Shown: in pieces, positions 1-13,200 of the stretch | Layout of the letters: each line of letters begins with the position of its first letter | Numbering within the stretch: position 1 is the first letter of the stretch | Source: Macrostomum lignano | Taxonomy: Eukaryota | NCBI GenBank assembly: GCA_002269645.1 | Contig: NIVC01001263.1 | Location: 1-64,000, forward strand | Reading direction: 5' to 3' | DNA: 64,000 nt | Notes under the pieces: model-generated | Database searches by the model: none | What the model was told of the DNA's origin: nothing | What the model saw: only the letters and a program-made list of their open reading frames with translations | Program-made: the position numbers and the translations under genes

Positions 1-330
1 TTTTTCTCTTCCTTTGCTATCTTTTCTCTTCTCTTCTCTTAACTCTTTCCCTATTATCTCTCCTCTTTAATCTTTCCTCTCTCATCTTTCTCTTATCCTT
101 CTCTCTCTCCTTTTTCCTCTATTTTCTTTTATCCCTTCTCTCTCTCATCTCTCTCTCTCTTCTTTTCTCTCTTATTTGCCTCTTTTCTCTCTATTTTCCT
201 TGCACTCCTCTTCCCTCCTCCCTCTTCTTTGCCTTTTTCTCTCCTTACCCTCTTGTCTTTTATATTTTATCCTTTCTCTTATTGTCTATTCATTCTTCTT
301 TCCACTCTCATCTGCCCTTGTAGCAATTAG
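1..330. repeat. CT-rich low-complexity tract (a similar tract lies at ~4985-5130)
   Basis: Nearly pure pyrimidine sequence; the 176..433 ORF is an artefact of this composition. Confidence 0.85.
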
Positions 331-1954
331 CTGGATTCTTTATCTGGCCTTTGAGGTAAAAAACCTGTCAATCCCTGCTTCAAAAGCCAGTTTTATTTAT
401 GTACTTTCCCAGTTGTACTCTCAAAGGACATAGTACTTTCATGGTTGTTTTTTCTGTGGCCTATTTGTTGACTGCTTTGATCATATCATCTTTTTAGCAA
501 CTTGCAGTCCTAAGAAGAACTTGTATTTTTCTAGCTTCATAGTTCCACATATCTGATATTGTGGCTAACCTAGGGTTGATGCTTTAAAGTTTGTTCAATT
601 ATTAACTAATCATATATACAAACCTTTGTTGAGACTTACAAACTATTCTTCTACATAACTTTTCCTAGGAAAATAGTCTTCTTAAAAATGATTATTTAAA
701 AGGACCCTAAAGTAACAATACATTAAGTACAAGTGCTACGAGCTAAAGTGGCTAAAAATAAAATAAACTATAAAGGAGAAAGTCCCAAAAATCTTCTAAA
801 TAAAGGATATAAATAAGGGGTTTGCCAAATAAAGGAGAATAAAGGAGATAAAGGAGATAAAGGAGGGTGCGGGCACCTTGTATATAAAAACAATATAATA
901 GCTAATAAAACTTTAATAAATAGAAGCTCTCCTTTTTATCAATTCCTCTTAGTCATAGTCATAGTCATGGAGGTTGAAATAAGTAAGACTATAAGTAATG
1001 AGTTTTAGATAGGCCTAGCTTTATTTTAAATTTAACTTAAGACTAAGTAACCAATTAGGCCTAGTCAATAATATATTATTGAAAATTATGCCTGTAATTG
1101 TTAATTAGGTCTATAGTCAAAGTTATAGTTAAGAATTAAAAGACATCATAATGATCCTCTGACTCTTCTCTATAGGCCTACCCAGGTCCAGGAGCTAGAA
1201 TAGCCAATACAATAGTAATTTAAATTAAAGAGGTTAAAACTTAAAAGTTAGGCCTATTTCTTTGCATTGGCTGATTTAAAGCAATGCCTGTACTGTGGCC
1301 ACCTAAGCGTGTTACCTTAGATATGCGCCATAAAAAAGTTACAAAACTTTTTATACCCTTATTTTTAACGAGTTAGCGACTTAGCGAGTACACAGAAACA
1401 TTGAACATTGAACAGTAAAAATCTAAAATTGCGTAAGCATTTATTTATTTAAGCACATGCACGCAACAAACTATTATTCAAATAAAAACAAAAATTGACT
1501 AATCAAAGATTTATTTTTAATTTCTTCACTAGATAGAAGGTTCTAAAAATAATTTATTAAAAACGATCGAATGCGTCTTAGAGCTTTTTTAAAAAGTTTA
1601 AAAAATCGCTGTGGCTTTTATTCAAAGTGCTTATACCTTATGTGCTTATTAATAGTGCTAATAACACTTACGATGATGCACTGGCCGCGTACTCACTACT
1701 CAGCTGGCCAGCCAGAGCCCTTTTTATTTGAACTTTACATTAATGTTACAATTATATTGTTTTTATCGAGCAGGAAGCATACAAGCCAGCAGTTTTTTTG
1801 CTTGAGCTAAACACTTAGGCCTACCACTACAATTATCCATTGGCTAAGTCACAATCACAATCACAATAAACAAGTGATTTTTGCCAATCCGGATCAGGAA
1901 TCAGGATGCATGAACTGTTTATTCAAATTGTCTTGTTATTTTGTTGTTTTTAAT

Positions 1955-2213
1955 CAGTGGCGTAGGAGGGCTACGAATGCATCTCCCCAATTTTTAAAGA
2001 TTGAGTTTTTTTCTTATTTTGTTACTAAAGATTTTTTGGAATTTATATATATTTTTTGTGTTTTTTTATTAAAAACCGAAACAGTTAAAAGAAAATGCCC
2101 GATTTTCTAGTAATACTTGTGTAAGTCTAGGGATTCTCCCAAGCACATAAAAAAGTTTTATCTATCTGTCTCCATTCTCCGTAAGCTAAAGAAAATTTAG
2201 GGCTATGCCACTG
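1955..2213. mobile_element. MITE with CAGTGGCGTAG...CTATGCCACTG termini
   Basis: 11-bp terminal inverted repeat with one CpG-type mismatch; same terminal family as 27708-28082; no clear TSD. Confidence 0.55.
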
Positions 2214-3703
2214 CCAATCAGTCATAAATTGATAGAAATCTGGTAGAGATGCTTGTTTAAAAAATAATAGAGAAATGAAGGCCAACAACAACTTATGGAT
2301 ATAATTAAATTATTATTATAGCCAAAATGTTTCAACACAAGCAGTCATCTTTAGGGCTTGCACTCATGATACATGATTTACAATTCCATATATTTAAATA
2401 AATAAAGAAAATAAAAAACTGTGCAAGGCAATAGACAAATGGGTTCAGTCCAGTCAATAATTGTACATTAAGAGACAAAAATAAATTAAATTATTAGGCC
2501 ATCACATAGAATAAACACAGAGCAAACAATATTGGTGGAGAGAAAGCCGCAAACCCACACCAAGCCTAGAAAACTTTGAGCTATAAACTGGCTCCTCCAC
2601 TTATAAGCTAAGCATTCAAACTAGGTCTATGATGCTTAATGTGCAAGGCTTCCAGCACTCTGAGTTTGCCATCAAATCTACATCTAATCAAAACAGTGAA
2701 AAGCTCAGTTGGCTCATACTCACAACAAGCATTGCAACTAAGCAAGTGATCATGCACAGCGATGTCGCAAAGTGTTGGAAAAAGTGTTGTAACAAAAATT
2801 TGAAGCAGTTGAAGAAACAGTTCTTGTTCCCATGAAAGGATCTTTTAAACAAGGAAACGGAAATGTTTCTCAAATCACAAACTTACATTTAATGGTTTGA
2901 TCTACTATATTTATCTGACTAAAGATTAATTTAAATGAATCTGTCATATACTGCAGGCTGCTGCGTAGTGCATACGTAACAAACATACATGTAAGCTTAC
3001 ATGAATAGTACAAGCTACATGTACATCACCTAGCTCTAAGAAGTGACATTTTAAGTGTTGGAAGATGTGTTGGCAGAATTTAACCATACGACACTTTTTC
3101 AGACACTTTTTACAGCATTAATTTAAGTGTCAAAAAATGCGTGTCCGCGAATGTCAACTGTTACAACACTTTTTTTTGACACTTTTTGCAACACTTTAAG
3201 TGTCAAAAAGTGTTGGAAGATCTGTCTAAAAATGTGTCAGCAAAAGTTATACAGGTGAGAGTTAAAGAGATTAGCATATCACTAGAATTCAACCTCTTAG
3301 CTTCGTCAGTCAAACTAGACTCAGTCATTTTCTTAGTCAGAAGTCTGTTCAGCACTTTACCAACAAAACCTCTCGAAGGAAACCATTACATTGAAAAATG
3401 TCAATGAGCTTGACCACTTCTTGGTGGAAAGATTGCCAGGTACTATAGATACAAGATACTGAATGCTCTGTTCATCCGTTGAGAGGTTTTTGGAGATTTT
3501 GAGAGGTTGAGAGGTTTTTTTGACATTTCTTAAAAAAGGTCAAGATTTATGACTATATATGAGTATCCTAGGGGTTACTTCTGTCTCTAATAATAATTTC
3601 ACTATGCCACCAAAAGCTGTCCCAAGGCTCCTATTTTGTTCTTCTGTTAATCTTACTTGCTGTCACCAAGTTGTAACAGGGCTTAACTACTGTCTTTATA
3701 AAT

Positions 3704-4350
3704 GTTGGTAGCTACCACCAAGACTATTCTATTAATAAATTATGGGTTTATTAATCTTAGAATAAGTCTGAGAATATTTCTTAGAATAGGTCTGAGTATT
3801 TAGTCTGAGTATTATTCTTAGAAAACTATTAGCCCTTAAAGATTTTATTCCTCTATTATTCTGGTAGCATTCTATAATTAATAATTTGGCCTGAGCAATA
3901 TTTTTGCCTACTGGTATATGTATTTCATGTACTTTGCAAGTCCTTGGGCATTACCGAGATCAGAGGGTCACAGCCTCCAGTTATTTATCAACTTTGGATC
4001 TACATCGTATCCTCTTGCTACTTCCACTTCTCAGTAATATATACTGTATATCCTTTGGTCTACTTCACTCTTATGTCTGCAAATGAATAACTTGGAAAAT
4101 GGCTCCTCTTACGTTTATTTGGAACACTCCTTTCTTATTATGCTCACTTCTTTCGTAGAAACTGCACGAAGGCAAGTTGCTCTCTCCTCGGCTTAGATTG
4201 CATCTATTTCTACTAAAATTTTCAGTAGTTTTAAACAAAAATTAATTTGTGAAAATATTTTGGAAAATATGTATATTATAACAAATTGTTTGCTTAGTTT
4301 TTGGCACAAGCTTAAAAGTATTGAATTGTGGAAATATAGATCGCCCTGCA
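3704..4350 (+). repeat. Old dispersed repeat, copy 1 (copy 2 at 5607-6290; more diverged relative near 62520-62760)
   Basis: Colinear direct match by eye over ~650 bp (gttggtagct...agatcgccctgca vs gttggtagct...agattgccctgca); many differences are CG/TG/CA/TA exchanges. Confidence 0.85.
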
Positions 4351-4439
4351 GGCACATGAGTTTTGGTAACTATAATCTTATCATATTTGGCAATCTTTTA
4401 GTTTGTTGCAATATATTATTTTTATGTTTTTTTAAACTT

Positions 4440-4700
4440 TTCAGCCTATTTAGTGATTGCCAAATGGCTGGGAGGCCTAGAGCACCAACTATAATCAGCC
4501 TACAATGGGCTTGCAAAATCATGTGGCTATCAATCACCAACTCCATTTTGTGGACCCCTACAACCTGACTGTCCATACAAATACAAACACTATTGAAAGG
4601 TTATGGGCAGGTGTCAAGGCCAAATTCAGGGCAATGCATGGTATTAGCAATGCCTTATTTGACATCCACCTTAATGAGTACCTATTATTACCTACTATTA
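4440..4700 (+). pseudogene. Degraded Merlin/IS1595 (ISXO2-like DDE) transposase C-terminal fragment
   Basis: Translation HVAINHQLHFVDPYNLTVHTNTNTIERLWAGVKAKFRAMHG...LNEYL matches the NH..FVDP....HT..IE.LW...K.......G.....YL.E motif of Merlin/IS1595 transposases; frameshifted, no TIRs found. Confidence 0.7.
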
Positions 4701-5289
4701 TTGATACTAAAGACAAATGACTTTCTATTTTACTAGGGCCTATTTTTCATGTGAAAATAATTTATTGCAATAAAATTGGAGATTGTCTCATATTTATATT
4801 TGATGAGGCCAACTCCTCTGTTGGAGGAAAAGGGAATAGAACTCCCATTGCCAGAATTCCATTCCCTGAAATCCATCAGCTGTATCCCATGACTGGAATT
4901 CCATCTTCCAAATCCTTTCCAAATCCTCTATAGAACCTCTCAAATACCATTTCTCTACTGCCATCATTTAGACTAAGACTCTCATGTCTCCTCTCCCCTT
5001 ACTCTTTAATCTCTCCTCCCTACTCTTTTATCTCTTCTCTCTTCTCTCTACTTTCTCATCTATTGTCTTTTCTTGGTTTTCTATTATCTCTCCTCTCTTC
5101 TCCTTTCACTCTTTTCTCTACTTTCTTATCTGACTGACTGAAGGCACCAATAATAAAAACCAATTGAAATTTGTCACCTGCCTCCATTACTGAAATTACT
5201 CAAATAATAGCTGGCTTGAATGTGCATATGCAACCTCCCCCAACTTAATGTGTGACTGACCTATTGCAAAAATAACTACAATCTTTGTA

Positions 5290-5600
5290 AAAAGTTTAAA
5301 AGTGTAACAGGCATGATTCTTCCTTCTTAATAATATCCCACTGCTGCCACCAAAGTTGTAACAGGGGTGTTTCTTCCTTCTTAATAATATCCCACCGCTG
5401 ATACCCAAGTTGTTACAGGCGTGTTAGCTCTCTCTAGAAATTATCCTACTGCTGCAACTAAAGTTGTACTAGGGATAATCTTCTTTCTTTACAAATGATT
5501 CCACAATGCCACCAAAGTTGTAACAGCAGTGTTTCCTCTTATTGAAATTATCCTACCGTTATGTCACCAAGCTGTGCTAGGGCTAACTTCTTACACTAAT
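5290..5600. repeat. Degenerate ~54-bp tandem repeat (caccaaagttgtaacagg core)
   Basis: About 5-6 diverged units; related units also occur at 3590-3690. Confidence 0.65.
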
Positions 5601-5606
5601 CTTTAA

Positions 5607-6290
5607 GTTGGTAGCTGCCACCAGGATTAGCCAATTAATAAATTATGAGTTTATCAATCTTAGAATAATCCGAGAAATGTTTCTTAGAATTGATCTGAGC
5701 ATGTTATATCTTAGTATTTAGTCTGAGTATTTATCTGAGCATTTAGTCTAAGTATTTATTCTTGGAAACTATTAGCCCTTATAAGTATTATTCCTCTGTT
5801 ATTCTGGTAGTGTTTACTGTACTTTTGGCCTGAGTGGTCTACTAGCTATACTGGTATATGTATTTTATGTACTCTGCAAGTCCTTGGGTGTTACTGAGAT
5901 CAGAGGGTCATAGCCTCCAGTTATTTATCGACTTTGGATCTACTTTGTATCCTCTTACTACTTCCACTTCTCAGTAATGTATACTGTAAATGCTTTGGTC
6001 TACTTCACTCTTATGTCTGCAAATGAATAACTCGGAGAACAGCTCCTCTTATATTTATTTGGAACACTCCTTTCTTAGTATGCTTACTTCTTTCGTAGGA
6101 ACTGCACAAAGGCAAGTTGCTTCCTCCTCGGCTCTGATTGCGTCTATTTATACTAAAATTTTCAGTAGTTTGAAACAAAAATTAATTCACAAAAATATTT
6201 TGGAAAATACATACATTATAACAAATCATTTGCTTAGTTTTTGACACAAATTTATAAGTATCAAATTGTAGAAATATAGATTGCCCTGCA
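5607..6290 (+). repeat. Old dispersed repeat, copy 2
   Basis: See 3704-4350. Confidence 0.85.
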
Positions 6291-7392
6291 CAAAAGTATA
6301 GAAATCAATTTTTTCAATGCTGTGCTTTTTGTTTTCATATTTAAAGCAAACAACTTATATCTTTAAACTCAGTATTGCAAGATCTTTCTAGCAATATATC
6401 TCCTCTCAAAGCTTATAACTTGAGGCACAGTTAGCGTTTGAACTTCCCAGTTTAAAGCATTGAAGCATTGAGTATATACATTCACTGCGTACTACAGCAA
6501 GAGTCTCGCAATCTAATTCATTAAATTTCAGGGCTGCCTATTGAAAGGCACCAATAATAAAACCAATTGAAACTCAACACAATCCTAGCTATCTATAGCC
6601 TCTGTTTACACTGTACATTGCTTTGTACACTCAGCTCAACCCCCTGATCTGGGGGAATAATTAAAATTTAACTGCAGCCCCAACATGTGTCACCCACCCC
6701 TCCAATACACAGTGACCTGCGAGCGGAGGTTGGTGTGGTTCTTTCTACAAACATGCCACCAACTCCACTGAAGAAGCAAAGTGGCCAAAGAAGGTGAAGA
6801 AAACAGTTTTCAGTCTTTTTTAACAGACTTAATTTTGAAAATTTCAACATTAAAATAGCCTATTTGTTGCTTAGGAAAGTTCTGCATTTTGATATATATA
6901 AGTCCTGCTTTTGAGTTTGTAGCCATCTAGGAGAAGATAGGTATTAAACCCAGTCTACTGGTTGATTGATCAATCGGTCCGCTCAGCTTTAGATATAAGA
7001 TATACATCAAGTTACTAACAAGCTCAACATTATATAATAATTGTTTTTCCTTTTATTATCATCATTGTACACATTTAACAAATAAATATTGGCATTGATA
7101 GATTGAAGTATAAATAGGTCTACTAGATACTAATTAGGTTTAATCTTGAATCTTGATCAAATGAAAGATTTCAAGTCTTAAAAATTTTGAAAAATTTAAT
7201 CTCTACCAATTATTTTTTTGTTATAGACAAAACTCAACTTAAAATTATAATAATAATTAAATTATCATAAAAATCATTTAAATATTTGACTTATCCAGAC
7301 TTGGTTAGATCCTTAGGCTTATTCATATTGTTTTATGGATTGAATAATTTAACCATTTTATTAACTACTTTTGAAAAAAATATTGATTTCTA

Positions 7393-8657
7393 AAAGGGTT
7401 GTTCCAAAAGTTTGTAGACAAACATGAACTATTGTTAAAAAAGTAGCAAAACTGAAAACCTTAGTCATTGACCTTTTCAATATGTGCCCTCGAGGCATAC
7501 ATACTTGTGCAGCACTTAGGTAGCTTTTCAATCCCTGCAGCAAAGAATTCTTTGGGGGGTACTTCTGACCCACTGGCTGTCGGTAGAGGCTAGGGCCTGA
7601 ATACTGCCATAATGGTAACCTTGGACTGACTTCTTCATCTGCATAAACAGTTGCTTGGTGCTAGGTCTGGCAAATAGAGTGGGTGCAGCAGCAGCTCAAA
7701 GCCCAGCCTAAAGATGGCAGCCATTGCTGTTTGGTTAGTTTGGGGCCTGGCATTGTCCTGCTACAGCAGGATCCCCCTGGTTAGCTTGCCCTGGTGCTCA
7801 GTCTTGATAGCTTCAGGCAATTTCTCTAGCACTTGGATATAATAAGCACTGGTAATAGTAGTGCCATATAGAAGCCAGTCAATGAGCAGGATGCCCTCCT
7901 TGTCCTAGAAGATTGTGGCTATCTGCTTTCTAGCCAATGGTACAGCCAGGGCCTTCACTAGGGTGGGTTCTCTAGCTGCCTTCTAGACATTGCTCTGCAT
8001 CTTGGACTCTGGTTCACTGTAATAGATCCACGACTCATCCCTAGTCACAATTCAATCCAAAAAGTTTGGGTCATTGCGGTTAGGCCTACAGGAGCTACTG
8101 ACATGCATAGACCCACTTGTGTTGCTGATCATCTATCAGAAGCTCTGGGACCCAATGAGCAACAACTTGCAATATCCCAAGCTTGGCCATGAGAATTTTG
8201 TGAACTACTAATGGTGATCTGGCAGTCAACATCAAGTGCCTGATGCATGCATTCATGTTGAACATGTTGACTGTGGTGGCTGGCCTTCTACTGCGTGGCA
8301 GATCTTTGACTGTCTCCCAGCTGTCCTCAAAGTGCTGCACCTACTTGCTGACCATTGACTTTGAAGGGGCATCTTTATCATATGCTGCATACAACTCGTG
8401 AACAATATCAGCCTGTTGCTTCCCTTCTTTCCATAAAAACCAAAATATGCTTTGCTTTGCTTTTTCATTGTTTTCCATAGTGCCAAAAATAGTGGGTAAC
8501 TTAAATGACAGCTGTAAAAATAACATAAGCATAGTTTATCACACTGCTATTAAAAGTTGTGGGACATAAGTGCTGTCTATGGCCTAAAGTATGGTGACTT
8601 AACTGCCTTTCATTTGGGAAAAATATGTTTGTCTATAAACTTTTGGAACAACCCTTA
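7393..8657 (-). mobile_element. Full-length but decayed mariner DNA transposon (transposase pseudogene on - strand)
   Basis: ~33-bp TIRs (agggttgttccaaaagtttgtagacaaacat at 7395-7425; atgtttgtctataaacttttggaacaaccct at 8625-8655), TA flanks at 7391-92 and 8658-59, 1265 bp. Broken frames give WFLWKEG...APSKS, DLPRSRRP, WVPELL, DESWIYY, QDNARP and DLAPS mariner motifs. Confidence 0.92.
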
Positions 8658-10240
8658 TATATTATATAGTTTTAGTCTTCAGTAGGAGACTGTTCTGAGC
8701 TATAAGCCAAATAAATAGAAAAAACCAACAACATATTTCCCTAGACAGAGAAATAACTATATACTTTTTTGTAAAATAATGAAGTCTCTTAATAAATGAG
8801 GCTAGGGCTGAAATTTATATATAACTTAAATATACTCAAAAAATAAATGAAATGATAAAAAGTATATAAGAAGATAAATTGATACAAAATATGGGGCCCT
8901 CTCACTCCTAAATATTGTAGATAGTATATATAAAACATATAGAATTTTATAAATTTGTTGAGTATCTTTATAAGCTAATTAGTTTATAAAGTACTTAAAT
9001 AATATCAGTTTTTATACTTTTTTATTTGAAGTTTTAGCGAAAAGCTATAGTAGGTCAAGCTAAGAATTTGTATACTAGATGCTATTATATAAGTTTGATA
9101 TAATGAATAATCATTATAACTATCTATTAGTAGAAACTAAACCTTTAGTCATTCTTCTATAAGTTTAGATAGCTAAGAAGGCTTATATTTTCCCTTGGAC
9201 ATAAGCAAAAGCATTTGTTCAATAGATCACAAATGAATGATTCACTATAGACCATAAGCCATGTTAGTAATATGTTTCCTTGGACTATATGCCATGCCAT
9301 TGAACTCTTGAAGTTGGATAAGCTGATTACTAACATTAAGGCACTGCTGTTTAGACTTATTGTAGAATTGAAAACTTGATTACTCGTATATTGGCCACAG
9401 TTAAATATTTGTTGGTGACTTGCTAGTTTATGTTTATGTCCTTGCTGACCATTGCCTGTTTCTTTATACAGCAGCAGTGGTTTGGCCTGTTGCAGTTGCT
9501 GTTCTACTTATCTATTGCTATGCACTCATCCTTTCTATAGTTGCTATTGCAGCTCATACACTTTTTGCCATCCTTGCATATCTTCATTAGCTTAGGCCCC
9601 TTTTACTTTGAGACAATGTGCACACTCTGTTGAGCAGCAACCAGTATACCACTGATGAATTTTAGCCATGAAGAGATGACCATAGTGATCTAAGTAGTGA
9701 TTCAGTGAGCTTTAGGGGTTTGTTCTATTATCAGTTGTACAAATGCGTGGCATGCGCTTCTCTATGAGCATGGTCTTGGTTGTAGACCTGCTGCTTTGCT
9801 GAGTCCATGAATGCGCTATTGGCTGTGAGCTGTCATCTATTTGCCTGTACTTAGCCTGCAATAGTTGCAGTTTACCTTCGACACAATCTGTCCCTTCCCA
9901 ATTAGCTTATCCATCTGTTACTATGACAACAGGCCTGCGCGCTTCGATCTTTGTAACCTTAATGAAGCTGTCCTCAACTCTTCTCCTCGCCTTCCCTTTC
10001 TCTACCCTGGACTATCCAGCAAGTAGGCAGAGAGAGACATCTCAAAGGCTCGCTAATTAGTAGTCGGCTCATCGGGACCTTTGTATTCAAGCCGAGCTCA
10101 GCTCGAGTAGCTGGCAAATAAACTCAACTACTGAAACGTTTGATTTCTGTTATTGCACTAACTGATCAGCTTGCAGGCGGAACTGTCAACTATTGTTAGA
10201 CAATCAATCGAATCAATCGAGCTATTAAGTTTTGTCAGGC

Positions 10241-13200
10241 ATGACGCAAGAATCCAATGGCGCTTCGGCCGCTGACCGCAAAGTGCTGCACCCGTTTGTT
10301 CTGTGGGGCCAGAAGGACCAGAATCTGTACCTCACTGTGCAGCTGCAGGGCGTCACGGACCCCATTATTAACTTGGACGAGGGTCGGCTGACATTCTTTG
10401 CCAAAGGTTATGGTTGTCATGGCAACAATGTGTATCAGTTTGAAATCGATCTGTATCTGCCGGTGCAGCGCAAGCTGAGCTCCTGGAAGGTAATGAAGTA
10501 CAGCTTTCTCGTGCGATTTGTAAATTGCTAATTTTATGGAGCGGTGCAATAAACCTTTAAAGCTGAGATCCTGAGCCTAGGGCCCTAGGCCCCAGCCTGT
10601 AGATTGTAGAATACTCAGCTGCTCGTGCCCGAAGATTTCTGAGGTAGTTGTCATCCCTAGGCTAAGATTTCCTAATTGTTTAACAGTAGAACTACCAAGA
10701 GGGGGGGAAAAATTCCCCCCCCCCTGACAATTTTTTTTGCTGCGCCGGAACGGAGCAACGCAGGCACACGAAATTCAAGAACACGGACTGACTTTTTGTT
10801 GCGCACCTTCTCAAACAAGAATCAAGTCGCCAACCCTCCGGACCGTCGAGATATTCGACGATTCTGCCAGAAGCCGGATTTTTCCCATAAGCGCTAGTGT
10901 ATTCAGTACACCCCTGTGCGCCAATTAGCACTGCGCCTCAGTGCAGCCTTGCCAAGTCTCCAAATTTCATCAGCACGTCGACTAAATGTGTCTGCATCAG
11001 CTCTGACTTCGTTGGTTACTGGCCTTCACCGAGACGGAGCTTCTAGACCTTCAACAGGTGGCACCAGGTGACTATGAACACCTTGATGCGAATTTCTCGA
11101 GTTTCGCCGATCAAGCCTCGACAGTAGGCAAGCCTCAACTGCCGGACACCCTCAGCCATCCCGACACCGTCGGCTCCTTCAACAGGTGGCATCAGGTGAC
11201 TATGGACGTCCTTTTGCAACTATGTCAGGTCTTTCTTATCAAGCTTTAATAATGGGCAAACCTCAACCGACGGACATTGTCAGCTAGTCTCTCAAGCATT
11301 CCGTCATCATCCCGACGCCGTCGGCTCCTTCAACAGATTACACCAGGGGACTATGGACAGCCTGATAAGAATTTCTCTAGTTTTGCCGATCAAGCCTCGA
11401 TAGTGGGCAAAAATCAACTGCTGGACATCCTCAGCTAGTCAGTCAAGCATTCAGCCATCACCCCGACGCCGTCGGCACCTTCAACAGGTGGCACCAGGGG
11501 AGTAAGGACACCTGAGCGTGATTTTTCATCATGCTCTTAACATTTCTGAATCATTATAAAATGAAAAAACGGATTGAATTTACTGGCTTCTTATAAGCAT
11601 AACCCTTTCTGCATAAAAATTGGGTTCAATATTATAGTTGAATAAACTAAACAGCTTTTCGAATAAAATATGTATGTAGCTCGTATGCATAAAAGTATGT
11701 GTAATAATAATATAAATATACAGCAACATGAGTTCAAGCTTAACTATAGCAATGTCCGTGCTTTAAAAATTTTGAGAGCTTCAGAAATGTTAAGAGCATG
11801 ATGAAAAATCACGCTCAGGTGTCCTTACTCCCCTGGTGCCACCTGTTGAAGGTGCCGACGGCGTCGGGGTGATGGCTGAATGCTTGACTGACTAGCTGAG
11901 GATGTCCAGTAGTTGAGATTTGCTCATTATTGAAGCTTGATAAGAAAAACCTGACATATTTGCAACAGGCTGTCCATAGTCACCTGGTGTAATCTGTTGA
12001 AGGAGCCGACGGCGTCGGGATGATGACGGAAGGCTTGAGAGACTAGCTGAGAATGTCCAGCAGTTGATTTTTGCCCACTGTCGAGGCTTGATCGGCGAAA
12101 CTAGAGAAATCCGCATCAGGGTGTCCTTACTCCCCTGGTGCCACCTGTTGAAGGTGCCGACGGCGTCGGGGTGATGGCTAAATGCTTAGGAGACTAGCTG
12201 AGGGTGTCCGGCAGTTGAGGCTTGCCTACTGTCGAGGCTTGATCGGCGAAACTAGAGAAATTCGCATCAGGGTGTCCATAGTCACTTGGTGTCATCTGTT
12301 GAAGGAGCCGACGGCGTCGGGATGATGACGGAATGCTTAGGAGACTAGCTGAAGGTGTCCAGCAGTTGAGGCTTGCCTACTGTCGAGGCTTGATCGGCGA
12401 AACTCGAGAAATTCGCATCAAGGTGTTCATAGTCACCTGGTGCCACCTGTTGAAGGTCTAGAAGCTCCGTCTCGGTGAAGGCCAGTAACCAACGAAGTCA
12501 GAGCTGATGCAGACACATTTAGTCGACGTGCTGATGAAATTTGGAGACTTGGCAAGGCTGCACTGAGGCGCAGTGCTAATTGGCGCACAGGGGTGTACTG
12601 AATACACTAGCGCTTATGGGAAAAATCCGGCTTCTGGCAGAATCGTCGAATATCTCGACGGTCCGGAGGGTTGGCGACTTGATTCTTGTTTGAGAAGGTG
12701 CGCAACAAAAAGTCAGCCCGTGTTCTTGAATTTCGTGTGCCTGCGTTGCTCCGTTCCGGCGCAGCAAAAAAAATTGTCAGGGGGGGGGAATTCCCCCCCC
12801 CCTCTTGGTAGTTCGACGGGCGGAAAAATGGCTTGGTATTCCTACTGTTAAGAATGAGATTACAGTGTTTTTTTCTGAGTGAGCTCTTGGAAGGATTCCG
12901 AGCTGCTCGCGTCACAAAGATGCGATTTTGTCATTGCTCATTCCCTGACTGGGAGGACAAGTGCTTTTCTTGACTGCTTTTTGGATTTTGAAGTGCTGCA
13001 ACTGCCTGTGCGGGGGCGGTTGCTTGCAGCGTGTTTGCAGTAGTTGCAGAAGTATTCTTCCAAAGCGAATATTAGTTACAATATGTTTATGTAGTGTCAG
13101 GAACGGGCTGCATCAATACTTAATCAGCGGTCTGTTTCGTGTGAGGTCGTTTTCAAAGCCGACGTATCATGGTGAATGGCAAATGTTTGCTAAATTAGGC

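Noticed and set aside
9400-10000. Possible decayed transposase or retroelement coding sequence
   Set aside because: Looks formerly coding, but I could not recover a diagnostic motif in any frame.
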